A DNA stretch of 64,000 nt from assembly GCA_951406725.2 (NCBI GenBank), contig OX597831.1, positions 18,352,001-18,416,000 on the forward strand, read 5' to 3'. This document shows, piece by piece, positions 15,601 through 28,428 of the stretch (the first letter of the stretch is position 1; each line of letters begins with the position of its first letter). The stretch is from Octopus vulgaris. Taxonomy: Eukaryota. The notes below the pieces were generated by a model, which worked only from the letters and a program-made list of their open reading frames with translations, made no database searches and was not told the DNA's origin. The position numbers and the translations under genes are program-made.

Positions 15601-15740
15601 CAGATGTCTTTAAAATGAAGCTGGATCTCTTCCTGTCAGGTGTCCCAGATGAACCAACTTCACGGCAGGAGGGGCAGATGAGGGCAGCTGCATCGAACTC
15701 TCTCATGCACCAAATAGCAGCTGCTAGAAAGCCTCCATGA
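12636..15740 (+). CDS. LINE ORF2: APE endonuclease plus reverse transcriptase, uninterrupted
   Basis: LNIRGL, LTETH, YRPP, GDFN and SDH APE motifs; YLDFAKAFD, QGTVLGP and YADD RT motifs. Confidence 0.93.
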   Translation: MHGTKDCTAADLASSNPSPQVGLPTIYQTTTANRHRMDTAGNNVHLTSILLLNIRGLQTLSNRTKIPFLRDFVACNQAICIALTETHLKPDIADAELHIPQYAVLRTDRKERSHGGVAMYIREDLTPQVLLSYSNSVCDTLIVHIRQLDVVVCATYRPPDAPSHVGKFEDCLIKIEEILTTLEQHIGVLLMGDFNLPNVRWPEGLSLPGMTRCERGQARSLLNLTNTLYMEQVILQPTRAGNTLDLCFTNDMDLIHNVKVTPTLLSDHNMIELTMYGPKESTDMQPTRNPQNLSSLNYHKANWKQIEKEILKQNWPKCLSSPDIDVKLQQFMSVMQAICYKCVPERKATVHKNKIPRERKILMRRRTKFSNRLNKQIESSEKSHLKLKLLEIEECLQLSHEKERADKEAWAIENIKSNLRAFYRYAKETATVHCRIGPLLEKDGTLTGKPMRVSEILNEQFKSVFTPPLGHLQITNPTDFFTTADIKSEAATIDYIDIKEDDVTKAIDEMKTDSATGPDGFPAILLKACKRVLARPLQFLFQSFLAAGKLPGKLKEGKICPIHKGGSRAEAKNYRPISLTSHISKVMERIVRRKLITFLEENDLLPDTQHGFRPGRSCLTQLLQHYDWVLKRLLNHSNVEVIYLDFAKAFDKVDHGMICHKLRDLNIVGKLGEWLHDFLKDRSQVVVANGATSINTQIVSGVPQGTVLGPLLFIMALSDMPSATQRATITSYADDTKVSQAIQNPEDTKHLQCELDEIYKWAEKNSMQFNAGKFQALYYQHAKLNAIPNEYTGPGGIAIPEAQSVRDLGIHMSDDATFHVHVAKLTMKCRRLAGWILRTFRTREQETMMVLWKTLVLSHFDYCSQLWSPSSVKLITELEAIQRSYTKKIASMQNVSYWERLKRLKLYSLERRRVRYAIIHIWKILEGSVLNFGIESYANARTGRHCVVPRTPNLPSRCRTRYCDSLGFRGPQLFNILPKNLRDLHGVDTDVFKMKLDLFLSGVPDEPTSRQEGQMRAAASNSLMHQIAAARKPP

Positions 15741-15894
15741 AGTGAAACCAAGTAGCAACACAAAATGGCGGTGCCCCAGCATGGCCACAGCTCATAAGCT
15801 GAAACTAGAATCAATCAATCAATCAATCATATAAAAAAAATATATATATAAAAAAAAGGGAATAGAGTTTTAGGTAAATAAGGAGATTCTCACT

Positions 15895-16745
15895 TATACA
15901 TATGCACATATGTATACATATATACACACACATACAAACATATATACATATACATACACACATACATACACACACATATATACATATATATACACTTACA
16001 CATACATATACATATCTACACATACACCTACATGTATACATACATACACTCACATGTATACACGTATACACACATGTATATATACACACACGACCACACA
16101 TACATATACACACAGAAAAATATATATACACATACACACACATACTCACATACACACATACACACACATATCCACACACACACATGCACACACAGCACAC
16201 TAGTCCCTATATACACTTATATACACATACACACATATATACACACACATACATATACATACATATATATATATATATATACATATGTGTACTTATGCAT
16301 ACCTACACATACACACATATATATACACATACAAATACAGACCCATTCCCTAATTTTAATTTTATTATCTTCATTTATTACTTTTGTTATCTTTGACCGC
16401 TGGTCACAAACATCTTGGCTATGACAGCCAGTCCATTTATCTGTCTAGTGGAAAACAAGCACTCATTCACTCACGCACACTCTTTAGCACGTACACTCAC
16501 TCATTCGTACACTCATACACATACACGCACGCACGCGTTATATTCATACATACATACATCTACATACATTCACGTATATACACATACGTACGCGTACCTA
16601 CAGATTCATGTCTACACTCTTAGAAGGCTAGTCTATACATATACACCAATAAATATAAATACACACACATACATATACACCTACATACAAATAAATACAT
16701 GTATATATATATATATATATTCACATATATATACACATATATATA

Positions 16746-16779
<34 letters not shown>

Positions 16780-16986
16780 TATACACACATACACATACAT
16801 ACATATACACACATACACATACATACGTATACATACATACATACATCCATACATCCATACATACATACATTTATACACATACACACACCCACACGTATAC
16901 ATATACATACATATATATACGCGCATGCATACACATACAAATACATACACATACGCATATACATATACATACATACATATACACAC

Positions 16987-17023
<37 letters not shown>

Positions 17024-17390
17024 CATACACACACATACATATACATACATACATATACAAATATACGCACACACATACATACATACTCATATACACATAC
17101 ACGCACATACACATGTACATGCGTACCCATACACACACACACACGCGCATCCATATATACACATAAGTACACACATGCGTCAAAGTATACATATATCTAT
17201 GCTTACACATACACACACACACACACGCCTCCTTATATTCATACTTACATGCATACTCAAAAAATAAGTAAATAGTAAAATATATATACGCGCAGTTATT
17301 CATACATACATACTCAAAAAATAAATAATAAATATTAAGTATATGTACGTGCAGTTACCTATTATATAGACGGATACATACATATAAACT

Positions 17391-17452
<62 letters not shown>

Positions 17453-17475
17453 TACACATATATATATACATATAC

Positions 17476-17506
<31 letters not shown>

Positions 17507-17570
17507 TACACATATATGTATATACATACTTACACACATGTATATATATATATGTGTGTGCGTGTGTGTG
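15895..17570. repeat. Compound (CA)/(TA)/(TACA) microsatellite field
   Basis: Low-complexity sequence; source of the H/T/Y/I-rich spurious ORFs. Confidence 0.9.
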
Positions 17571-17715
17571 TATGTTTGTGTGTCTGTTTGTTCCCCTAGC
17601 ATTTACTATTTTTCTATATATATATACTATTTATACTATAAATTCTATATTCTACATTAATATTATAAAGATTATGAACAAAACATAAAAACAGAGTTGG
17701 AATTTCTTTGAATAA

Positions 17716-17801
<86 letters not shown>

Positions 17802-18253
17802 TGTTGTATATCGGGAGGGTTATTCTGTTTCTTTTGTTCAATATACGCACGCTCTATATATCCGTTCTTCACTCATTTATGATTGTTTTTATTCTAACTC
17901 ATGTCCATTGTCTGAAAATCTTTCACCACTCATCTGTGACCTCCTAATTGACACTGTCCATCTCCGTGCTTGCTCTAGCTCATTCCGTTCAGTTCTTGTA
18001 TGATGTGCATCCTTATATGTACATGTGTTTTTGTGTGTGTATACATATCATTGTTCTTAATAGCATTATGTCCCTCACCTTAGCCTTGTCCCCTTTACCA
18101 TTGCCACTGAAGTTGCGCATGTTTGTGTGCACAGGCGCATTTGCATATACATATATGTATGCGTGTATATGTGCGTTGGCTTTTGCTTCATATAGTGTGT
18201 GTGTCTGTGTGTTTATGTCTATGTAAATATGCATGTATCTGTATATCCATATA

Positions 18254-18308
<55 letters not shown>

Positions 18309-18339
18309 AAGGGTAAAAAGGAACACACGAGTTGATATA

Positions 18340-20123
18340 TATGAAAAAACAAGTCAAAATAGAAAATGCTAAAATAATTTTATAAAGAACATTTCAGTAC
18401 CGGTTTCGGTCATTTTGGAACCTTTTCAACTGTAACGATTAAATAATTAAATTTAGAAAATTAGAAGAAAAGTTCCATTCAATTCATGCCACCCCAGACA
18501 CACCAGGATAAATATCCCCTTCAATCTAGCAAAAAAGGATATGCACTATAATCTCTAATGCAAACACACGACTACAAGAACTAAAAGATACCCTTATCAC
18601 CAGGAACTATCCACCTCCACTTATTGACAAGTGCATTCAACGTGCTCTTCAACTTAACATCAAGGAACTGAGACATCCCAAATCAAAGAAAAACTGACGA
18701 CCAAAAGCCTTACCATACATCTCCACACACAACCCTCTCAATAACGAAGCCTTCGGCACCATCCTCCACAACATGCCCCTCCTAATAAAAGACCACAGAA
18801 TGAACACAATCCTCCAAACACACACGATCATAAAAAGCAAGCGACAGCCTAAATCCATGAAAAGTCTCCTAACACAAGCCCGAATTCACTCTTCAACACA
18901 GAAGCCGACAGTAAAAAAATGTGGAAGACCCAATTGCGGGATATGCGACTATCTAATTGAGGGATCAGAGTTCTCCTTGAAACAGGGACAACGGTTTACA
19001 GTGAAAAGCAACTTCACATGTGCTTCGGAGAACCTAATATACTCACTAACCTGCTCCGGGTGTCAAGAGCAATACATAGGCCAAACAAAAAATAGGTTGC
19101 GTAAACGAATGGCCCTGCACAGATCCCAGATAAAAATTCCCCAAAACAGAAAAATAGCTTTCAGCCAACACATAGATACTTGCGCCAACAACAAAACACC
19201 AGGCTTCAGGATTTTCCCCCTCTACCAATTTAGGGACGATACAACCTCGAGACAACGAATAAGTAAAGAAACTCGATTTATTACAAAATACAGGCCACTT
19301 CTTAACGGGTCTACGACAAACGATTAATATACCTCAACTTTAGAATAAAAGAAATATACACACACAAATATTACATTCCAAAGAATCCATTACTAATCAG
19401 CCCCAATCACAGCTATAATCCATAACATGCCAACTTCAAATCATACAACACCTCACTACTTTCACCCATTCATATTCTCCCTTCTCTGTTTTCTTCTTCT
19501 TCCTCCTCTTCTTCTTCATCATCATCATTATCATCATCATCGTCGTCATCATCATCACCACCATCATCATCATCTTCTTCTTCTCCTTCTCCTTCTTCTT
19601 CTTTTTCATCATCATCATCATCATCAACATCGTCATCTTCTTCTTCTTCTTCTTCTTCTTCTTCTTCTTCTTCTTCTTCTTCTGCTCCACCTTCTACCTC
19701 TTAACTTTATCACTAATGCTTTTTAGTAAAACACCTACGCAAATTCCATAAACAAACCTCTCAATAGAAATATTCTCCTGAATTGAACTGCAACTGCTAG
19801 CCGTCACTGACCATTCAAGATACAACAATCAAGGCACTCCCAAATTTTTCCACCCCCTCTCCTCATCAGCCTTCTTCTTCTTCTACCCTACCAAGAATTC
19901 ACAACGACCTCGAACACACAAGTGCACACAAGGGAGTCAGAGAAAGGCAGAATGCCACTTATATCTGAACTCTATACAAATATTCCTTTAAAAAAACTTT
20001 TCTTCTAATTTTTCTAAATTTAATTATTTAATCGTTACAGTTGAAAAGGTCTCAAAATGACCGAAACCGGTACTGAAATGTTCTTTATAAAATTATTTTA
20101 GCATTTTCTATTTTGACTTGTTC

Positions 20124-20130
<7 letters not shown>
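18340..20130 (+). mobile_element. 5'-truncated Penelope-like element (GIY-YIG ORF 18773-19327) with inverted terminal repeat copies (18340-18475 and 19997-20130)
   Basis: CGRPNCGIC linker and NLIYSLTCSGC..QYIGQT..RLRKR motif; inverted repeat read directly. Confidence 0.85.
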
Positions 20131-20185
<55 letters not shown>

Positions 20186-20456
20186 GGTTAAGTAATTGAG
20201 ATTCTACTGAATTCAAAAGAATTCACATGAATATGGTCCTTAACTAGGATGCACCGGAAATCTATATGGTGTTAACCATACGACAAATGGGGTGATTACA
20301 AATAGGAAAAAAGCAACAAGAATGGATTAAAATCTCGGTACGATCGTTTCGTACGAGGACATCTTTAATAAGCTACAAAAAATGCAGTGAATACAGATGG
20401 CTCGTACTTCTTTTGTATCTACCCCTTTTGATGTTTGGGAATTCTCTGATGTTTTT

Positions 20457-20540
20457 TCGGCTGACGAGTACGAGCCATCTGTATTCACTGCATTTTTTGT
20501 AGCTTATTAAAGATGTCCTCGTACGAAACGATCGTACCGA
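20457..20540 (+). ncRNA. Type I hammerhead ribozyme, Penelope-type with palindromic stem III
   Basis: tcgg-CTGACGA-gtacgag...ctcgtac-GAAA-cgatcg-TA-ccga. Lies in an inverted repeat (20302-20408 / 20467-20572). Confidence 0.8.
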
Positions 20541-20568
20541 GATTTTAATCCATTCTTGTTGCTTTTTT

Positions 20569-20628
<60 letters not shown>

Positions 20629-20675
20629 TAAATAAAAGAATGGAGTCGAACGTAGATGTTAACAAAATTATTTTA

Positions 20676-20757
20676 CTCTCGACATATGTTTCGAAGACAA
20701 TATAGTTTCATTCCAAAGGAATAAAAGGTGCAAGATGCAATCTTCTCATCAGGAAAG
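20676..20757 (-). ncRNA. Hammerhead ribozyme in Penelope terminal repeat, sense to the element
   Basis: Reverse complement reads ctttc-CTGATGA-gaaga...tcttc-GAAA-catatg-TC-gagag. Confidence 0.75.
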
Positions 20758-23413
20758 AAAGGGAGCCTCTCTCAACAACAAGACAAACAAAAATTTCGAT
20801 GACTGCCTACATGGTATTCAAAACGATAATATGTGTATTAAAAAAACCGGTAGAAGAATTGACGTCAAAGATAGATAGTAGAAAGGGTTGAAGGAATAAT
20901 AGGTAGAGAACAAGTGGAAGGGTAATGGTACCTTGATTAAAAGAATGTTCAAAGGCTTAGGAAAGAATTTCGCTATTGAAGTGGAGTGCACGTTAAGCTA
21001 ATTGTTCAAACCACAATGACTATCGTAATCATTTATATGAGTAAAAAGTATGTTTCTGCCAGTTTTTACATTTTTACGTTTTCTCTATGAGTGTGTTTCC
21101 AAGGGGAACGTTAGAGAAGAGTATATGGAAGAGTTCAGAGTTGCAAATGTTACAAAATCTCCTGCCCTTACCAAAAGGAAAGGATACAGACAGTATGAAC
21201 CAATCTAACTTAAAATTTATATTATTGTCTTTAAGACGCCAAACTAATTTACTTAGCCCTGTACTATGTCGTTTTTTACTATCCCTGAATGTTGAATAAT
21301 GGTTTGAAATTCTCTTGGATAACTGGGAAGTAGACGCTCCTATATAGAAGAAGACATCGATACCGGAAGAAATTCTACACTGGTAAATAGAATTCTTAAT
21401 CTTAGAATTACTAGACAAAAATTTAATTCTGTTGGTGTTGTCCTCCGAGATCGAAACGAAGTTTTTATTTCTATGAGTATTTTTACTATTATTATTAGCT
21501 TCTTCTTCTACCCTACATTATTCCTATTATTATTAGTATTATTAATGGTAATACAACCAATATTACCATCAACAATAATACCGTTATTTTTATTACCATT
21601 AACATTACCATTGTTATTAACACGACTAATTCTATTTTTATTATTATTATCATTGTTAACACTATCACTATTACCACTGCTATTACTATTAATACTATTC
21701 CTATTACTATGATTGTATGATGGGTTGGAATTAGCAGGATTAATGCTGGAATTCCCGGGTGAAGAAGTTTTATTTAGCAGCTTGGTATTTTGAGAAGATA
21801 TAATTTGTGAAAGATTTCTAGTGTTAGAGAAAGGGATTCTAGTTATGTGGGAATTAATAATAGAATAATATCTAGAGTTTTTGGGAGAGTTCCTAGCAAC
21901 GGCTTCACGGAACTGCAAGGAAAGGTTCGATTTAATTTGTTTTTCGAATGGTATTACGAACCAGATACAGTTTTTAGTGACCTTTGAATTGTACGTAGTG
22001 TTATTTGTGGAAGTAAGGGGAACATTTCTGGGTTGGAAATTTGGGGTTGAATGACGCTCACCACCCCTGGTCCGTAAAGAATTTATATTATGTATAGGGC
22101 TGCTTGCACTATTAGAATTAAAATCACTATTCCTTTACCAGTAACTATTATATCTGGAGAAGCAGATGTAGGTTTAGAATGAGCTGAATCGATGTATGAC
22201 ACTTTCTCTTTATAGACGGCTTTAAACAAGGCGGCGTTATAGAAGTTTGCCTTTTGGTTAAAGATGTCAACATTGGGAGATAATTTAGACAGTCTCAGAG
22301 ATATGTTTTTGACTAAGTTATCGGTAACTGGCCTAGCATGATTACTGTAAAGGCTAATAAACTTAAGATTTTGTGGAAGGTTTATGCTAAGGGAAGTATG
22401 AGTTATTCTGTAAATTGAGGGTAACGTCTAAGAAGTTGGCTTTAGTTAACTCATCGTCAAAAACGATGCGCAAGCCCATTCTACTAAAAAACCTAACTAA
22501 CCTATTCGTAACCTTCTGTATTTTTTGGTTTGAAACGTTTTGGAGGTAAAGCAGAAAATCGTCCCGATAAAGACCTCCACAGATGTCCGGGAATTGGTCG
22601 GCTATTTTATAAAAAATATAAATTCCGATCGATTCGGCTATCTGGGCGCTGTCTGTACTTCCCATTAGTACATCGAACGCATTAGGAGTATCACTGCGGA
22701 CCCACAACTTGCTATCGAACTGGATGAATGATTTCCTTCCAGTCAATATCACATTAATTTCTTTTCTGGAGAGGCCTGCCTTATTGTGTGCGTGCCATAG
22801 GGCCTTATTAAGTATTATAGGGTTGATTGAAGAATAGAAACTAGATATATCGAATTGGATAAATTTAGTGTTGGCCTTATCAGTAATAGAAGAAAACCAA
22901 TCTACGACTTGAACAGAGTTGGACTATAAGCTAAGTTTTAATTTATTAATTAATATAGGGATATACTTATCTAATATGTATTTACTAAGGGTACCGATGT
23001 ATGAACTGGAAGGGCATATGAGCCGCAATGCTGGGTTAGTATGAAAGTTCTGCTTGTGGTCCTTTAAAATGAATCTGGGTTGCCTAGGTTTCAATGGTTC
23101 TGTCTTCATCTGTAATCCGTAAGTTTCCATAATCTGTTTAGCTTCTAAGTTGGCCAGCCTGAGAGTATTCCTACTGGTGGTCTTGTAATTTTTATGGATC
23201 TCCTTTTCGAGCAGTTCCAAATAATGGCTTTTGGTAAGCTTATAGATGTTGCTGGTTTTATCCGATTGAACCAGGATAGATTCTAAGTTATTTATATCTC
23301 TAGAGACGTTATTAAGGTATCTGAAGTGCTTATTCCTGAAGGGTGATCTATGAAACTTAATATTCTTTACAATGGCCCAATGTATGTCTTGTTGTTGAGA
23401 GAGGCTCCCTTTC

Positions 23414-23493
23414 TTTTCTGATGAGAAGATTGCATCTTTCACCCTTTATTTCTTTGGAATGAAACCATGTTGTCTTCGAAACATATGTCGAGA
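23414..23493 (+). ncRNA. Hammerhead ribozyme in the inverted terminal repeat copy
   Basis: CTGATGA-gaagat...gtcttc-GAAA-catatg-TC-gaga; stem I is weaker (G-U pairs). Confidence 0.65.
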
Positions 23494-24248
23494 GTAAAGG
23501 AATTTTGTTAACATCTTCGTTCGACTCCATTCTTTTATTTATTTATATGTAACACACTAATTTCTGCACATGAACCCGGAGTTTCTACCCTTGGACAGTT
23601 CGCTTCAACCGTGTTTCTGACGTGAATTTGCTACCCTGGTATTGGTTCATCGAATTTTCCATGCTGACGGTAAACACAGGATAATTCATTCACCTATCGA
23701 AATATATATATATATATATATAGAGAGAGAGGCACACAAGTATACACACACATAGAGTCAGGTAAGAAAGCTCTGGAAATTAAATCTTACCTTATGTCAG
23801 TGGCATGTCAATAGTTCATTGTTTACCTGCATACACTGTGCCATCGCTCGACGACACACGATGAGGAATCCAACTTTTGTGAATGGTGCAAAAGCCATCA
23901 AAGACTGTATTCGTGAATGTGAAGAGGTTTTGGAGTGCATTCATATCAAAATACTAAACATTCCAAGTTTGTGTGTAAATAAAAGGACTGGCACACAGTC
24001 GTGTACGCATCAGAGATATGTACAAACATGTACAATTATGTGTACGTATGCGAAACAAAATATACGGGTAGGAGTGGCGTTGTGGGAAGAATCTGTCATT
24101 CCAACCATATGATTCTAGATCCAGTCCCACTGTGTGGCACCTCTCGTAGGCGTCTTTTAATATAGTCTCAGGCCAGCCAAACCCTTGCCAGTGAATTCAG
24201 TAGATACATATTGAAAAAGACGTCATGTATATATATATATACACCCGA

Positions 24249-24408
24249 CGCAGGAGTGACTGTGTGGTAAGTAGCTTGCTAACCAACCACATGGTTCTAC
24301 GTTCAGTCCCACTGCGTGGCACCTTGGGCAAATGCCTTCTACTATATCCTCGGGCCGACCAAAGCCTTGTCTGTGGATTTCGTAGACGGAAACTGAAAGA
24401 AGCCCATA

Positions 24409-24444
<36 letters not shown>

Positions 24445-24650
24445 GCGTGTGTGTTTTCCCCCCAGCATTGCTTGACAACCGATGTTGGTGTGTTTATGTC
24501 CCCGTCACTGAGCGGTTCGGCAAAAGATTCCGATAGAATACGTACTGGGCTTACAAAAGAATAAGTACCGGGGTTGAGTTGCTCGATTAAAGGCGGTGCT
24601 CCAGCATGGCCGCAGTCAAATGACTGAAACAAGTAAAAGATAAAATAGAC
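24249..24650 (+). mobile_element. tRNA-derived SINE with internal (TA)n and a 3' tail shared with LINE A; degenerate partial copy at ~24068-24225
   Basis: A/B-box-like head (tgtgtggtaag...gttcagtcc). Tail ggcggtgctccagcatggccgcag..ctgaaac matches the LINE A 3' UTR. Confidence 0.8.
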
Positions 24651-24678
24651 TAAAACATATACATATATATATATGTAT

Positions 24679-24825
<147 letters not shown>

Positions 24826-25291
24826 ACGGTATTGTAGTTCGTTCAGCATTGTGTTGTCTTATATATAATGTGTCTCGAATGGCACCACAATGAGCTATAA
24901 TAACTCTTATAATATAATCAACCATAGCCTGATATAATATTTCAGAATATAAAAGGTCCTTCTTCAGATATCCTTAGGAATTGATCGAGTCACTGCTAAA
25001 ATTGGTTTTCCAAGAGTTTCTTTTTCCAGAAACGTCTCTGCAGTGGTCTTATGGAGCCTCTTCCGGTATAACTCATGAGAAGAGTGTGAGGAGGGCCATG
25101 TCTCAAACTCGTGTGTGCTGCCACATTCGGAGCGCTCCTTCTAAGTTACGTATTACACGTGCAGTTTCCTTTTCCCTCATTCTTTCTTCTATTTTTTTTT
25201 AGAAATAATACATGGACATGTTATCAAAAATGACACTACGTGCATCCAGATATGGCTAAATAATATATTGATTACCGAGCCCCTGCCTGTT

Positions 25292-25900
25292 TTAATTTGG
25301 GGGCCCTAGTTTGCCTATGAGAATAGCTTCCATAATTTTTAGATTACCCAAATTTCTTCCATTGCCCTCAATTGTGACTGTTATGCATTCGTCGCTGTTC
25401 CGGCATCTGACTAGATGTTTTCTGGAGGAGGAGGCTCTCGTGTTCAGATGTTCCTTAATGTGAATGTGTAACGGTCTTCTTGTGCTACCCACATAGAACT
25501 TGTTGCATTTGTTACATTGTATACTATACACAACATTTATCCGTGGGCATAAATCTGTGTCACGTATGGGGCTGTTTGCAAGTTTGCATTGATTCGTGTC
25601 TCTTGCTCGTTTCTTTGCGAGGCGTCTCCTCAGAGAGGGGCCGGAGTAAGCTAGTCGTATGTCTAGTCCTTCTCATCTTATGCCTCCTCCTCAGAGATGA
25701 GTCCCTAATATGTTGTTTAGGCACAATTATACAGCTGGTAAATATCCTCCTTGCTTCCTTGATGTAGTTTCCATTGAATTGTTGTCATGTGTTTCAGTAG
25801 ATGAGGCGTTATGTTTTTTTTTACGGTGTGCATTCACTTTTCATTCGCCCTTATTATTGGGGCTTTTGGTTGTCCGTTGCTCAATTAATTCACATCTCAC
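25292..25900 (-). mobile_element. Penelope-like GIY-YIG remnant
   Basis: YSIQCNKCNKFYVGSTRRPL...IKEH motif. Confidence 0.7.
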
Positions 25901-26436
25901 AGAGCGTGGGTCTCCTCAGTTGTTTACTAGCATCGTTTTTGTTTCAAATATGAATTTCGTCTTTATATAAGGGAACAATAGTCGACATGCTATAAAACCT
26001 AAAATAATAACTATATATAAAAATCTGGCGTATTCCTACATGTTGGAGCAGGGTTTTTCCTGTTCTTTTATATAATCATATAATTCATATGTATAATTAT
26101 TATTTTAGTATAATTTAACCACAAGATTTTAATGAACGTTGGCCACTTGATATTATCATTTACATGATTTTGTCCTTGTCTATATAAATTTATATGTATG
26201 TGTATTTTTTAAACCAATGCTTCCCTATCTCTTTATCTATACAAAACGTATCCAAAATGAATCCTAAATTATGCTAATTTTGTTTTCTCACACAAAGTAG
26301 TTATGTTATAAAGATTAAATGCTGCCAACTTCTCTCGTCTTATTTTCAAAAATGACATTTATAATCAGTAAATTTTGCAAGATGTTTATATGCTCACCTT
26401 TGAAATAAAAATATTCATTATTTCCTTTTATCGCAG

Positions 26437-26518
26437 GGCTCTGATGCGTTTTCTAGACTGCTTTAAAGGACAAGACAAAAAATGTTATACATACTTTGCA
26501 TTCGTGCCTTTGTGCTGG
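26437..26518 (+). CDS. Gene A exon 3 (phase 2-0): ALMRFLDCFKGQDKKCYTYFAFVPLCW
   Basis: ttttatcgcAG acceptor and GTaaga donor. 82 nt, homologous to 49577-49658 and 62443-62524. Phase joins exon 493-583 (CA+G = Gln). Confidence 0.85.
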
Positions 26519-27257
26519 GTAAGAAATTCGTTTTTAATGTTTCATTTAATATTTTATATCATTGAAAGAGATCAGGATGCGTTTTGTTTATGTCAGACGC
26601 AGCCATACCCGTGGCACACTTTACTCTTTTCCTCACAAATGAAAGAAGCAGTAAATGCAGTTTCGGTGCATCGTTGTTTTGGCATCAAATGCTAAAACCT
26701 GAAAGTAGAGAGTATTTTCTCTTGAAATGTTATAATTGAAATTCCAAGATTTGATTGGGTGTTCAGGAATTTACAAAAGGTGACACGATTACTTTCATGA
26801 TATTTCGAGAAGTTTCATGTACTCTATGCTTTTAGCACAAATACAAGGCAATTATGTGACTGATAATATAGCTTTCAAAATCTAAATTGTATTGGGAGAA
26901 GACATTTTTAGCCAAAATAACGTATAAAATGTATTAAATATTTTCCTTCCTGGTTTGGCATTCAATAGAAACTTTAAAATACACGAACCTTGACTCTCTA
27001 AGTATTCCTATTTTCAGTGTCAATATTTGAGAAATCAAATATGTTTAAATATCTGTTCGTTAGATGAACTATATTAATTAGTAGTTTTAAATTGTAAAGT
27101 CACGGCATTTCTGTGACGGTAACAGTAGAATACGAAATGTAAATCTTAATTTTAACAAGAACTAAGTGGATGATGAGAATTATATCCCCCGCATTACGAT
27201 TATTTTCAAGATAAATATTAAATCCGAATTTGACGTAGACTCTATTGCAAATTTCAG

Positions 27258-27287
27258 TACAAGAATAACGTAAATGATCCACTAACG
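27258..27287 (+). CDS. Gene A exon 4a (phase 0-0 micro-exon, stalk): YKNNVNDPLT
   Basis: atttcAG acceptor and GTaagt donor. 30 nt, same size and context as gene B exon 50494-50523. Confidence 0.7.
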
Positions 27288-28383
27288 GTAAGTGATTTCA
27301 AAGTACCTACCGCATAAACAAAATGTTTTTAACTTAATACATTTGACATCCTTATTGGTTTATTACTGCAATTACCGGATATAGCGGCGTGTGTGACATG
27401 CGTTTTCTATTTATAAATAAATTACAAAATTGTCCCGCGTGTAATGAGAGTGAGATACCTGACGGAAAGGAGGCCGAATATTTTTGTGTAGAGACCCGGA
27501 AATTGTTACAAAAATAAAGTATTTAAACAAGTCGAGATATCATTGTCTCTTACCTGAAACTTTGGGGAAAGAACTAAAGATACATCGGTTGTCATGTGGA
27601 GAGGCTACACCATCTCGTTATACCTTCTTTTCCAACATATATGACCTACATCTGAAAAAGTCTTGTCATATTGAACTGCTTCTTAATAAATGTCTAATAA
27701 ATGTGGCAATGTGTAGATACCTTGTAGAATATAATTACAATATAACCTACTCAATTGCAAGTATTATAATATCAGCAGAAATGTAGTTTAGACACCAACT
27801 CAACAAACATGAAATATCACTGTGGTACACATTAACATTGATAACAATTTATCAGTATATAAGGATATGAGGGTATTGTTTTTACTGTTTTCGTTACTGA
27901 TGACATTTCACTCAGTAGTCCATACTGCCCTTGCGATTACTTTATTAATGTTAAATAAATAAAGTGAATTTATAACACAGTCTTCAAAAACGATATTTTG
28001 AAATATTTCCCTTTGTTGTTTGGCATTCAGTACGATCTAAATGTTTATTACATAAAAAAGAAAAAATGAAAAACATACACTCATCTTGTCTCTCTGAGTA
28101 TTCTTGACTAGTTTTAGTAGCAGTCGTCGAAAACGAAAATGCAAGAAAGATTCCGCATTATCTTATTAGTGAGTTTATGTTAAATGGCTTGTACATATTA
28201 ATAGCATGATATATTCCTGTGTCGACCACAGTTGCAAACGAAATTTCATTCTAAATTTTTCCAAGAAAGGATCACATACAATATATCATTGCAAGCCGAA
28301 AAACGAGCGTTAAATGATGGAAATTATGCCAGGTGCATTAAGATTATTTTCGAGGCATTATATTAAATCCGAATCTATTTCAG

Positions 28384-28428
28384 TCACAACAATCTAAGAA
28401 AATCAGAAACTCAAGTAAACAAGAAATG
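28384..28428 (+). CDS. Gene A duplicated exon 4b (candidate alternative or additional stalk exon): SQQSKKIRNSSKQEM (or KIRNSSKQEM from 28399)
   Basis: Lies in the second copy of the duplicated unit. ctatttcAG acceptor and GTaagtgatttc donor as in 4a. In frame, no stop. Confidence 0.45.

Larger units (their letters stand above)
10431..15827 (+). mobile_element. Near full-length CR1-group LINE (family A): repeat-rich 5' region, ORF1, APE-RT ORF2, (CAAT)n tail
   Basis: Two ORFs and a 3' UTR shared with the truncated copies; bounded by TA-rich tracts. Confidence 0.88.
20626..23700 (-). mobile_element. Degenerate Penelope-like element with terminal repeat (~20626-20770) and inverted copy (~23400-23545)
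   Basis: ORF pieces: SDKTSNIY, GGLYRDD RT motif, and IYQC..YIGAS..KRISNH..CNIC GIY-YIG. Confidence 0.85.

Noticed and set aside
15823-18357. Many overlapping ORFs rich in YI/HT/CV
   Set aside because: Translations of (TA)n/(CA)n microsatellites; no coding signal.
19427-19726. His/Leu/Lys-rich ORFs
   Set aside because: (CAT)n/(CTT)n repeat inside the Penelope 3' region.
26375-26695. 106-aa ORF as a single-exon gene
   Set aside because: Only 26437-26518 is homologous to the paralogs and bounded by splice sites; the rest is intron read-through.
27238-27287. Longer exon 4 starting after gacgtAG (LYCKFQYKNN...)
   Set aside because: Wrong phase after the phase-0 exon 3, and the AG is not conserved in gene B. 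The 30-nt exon fits both genes.
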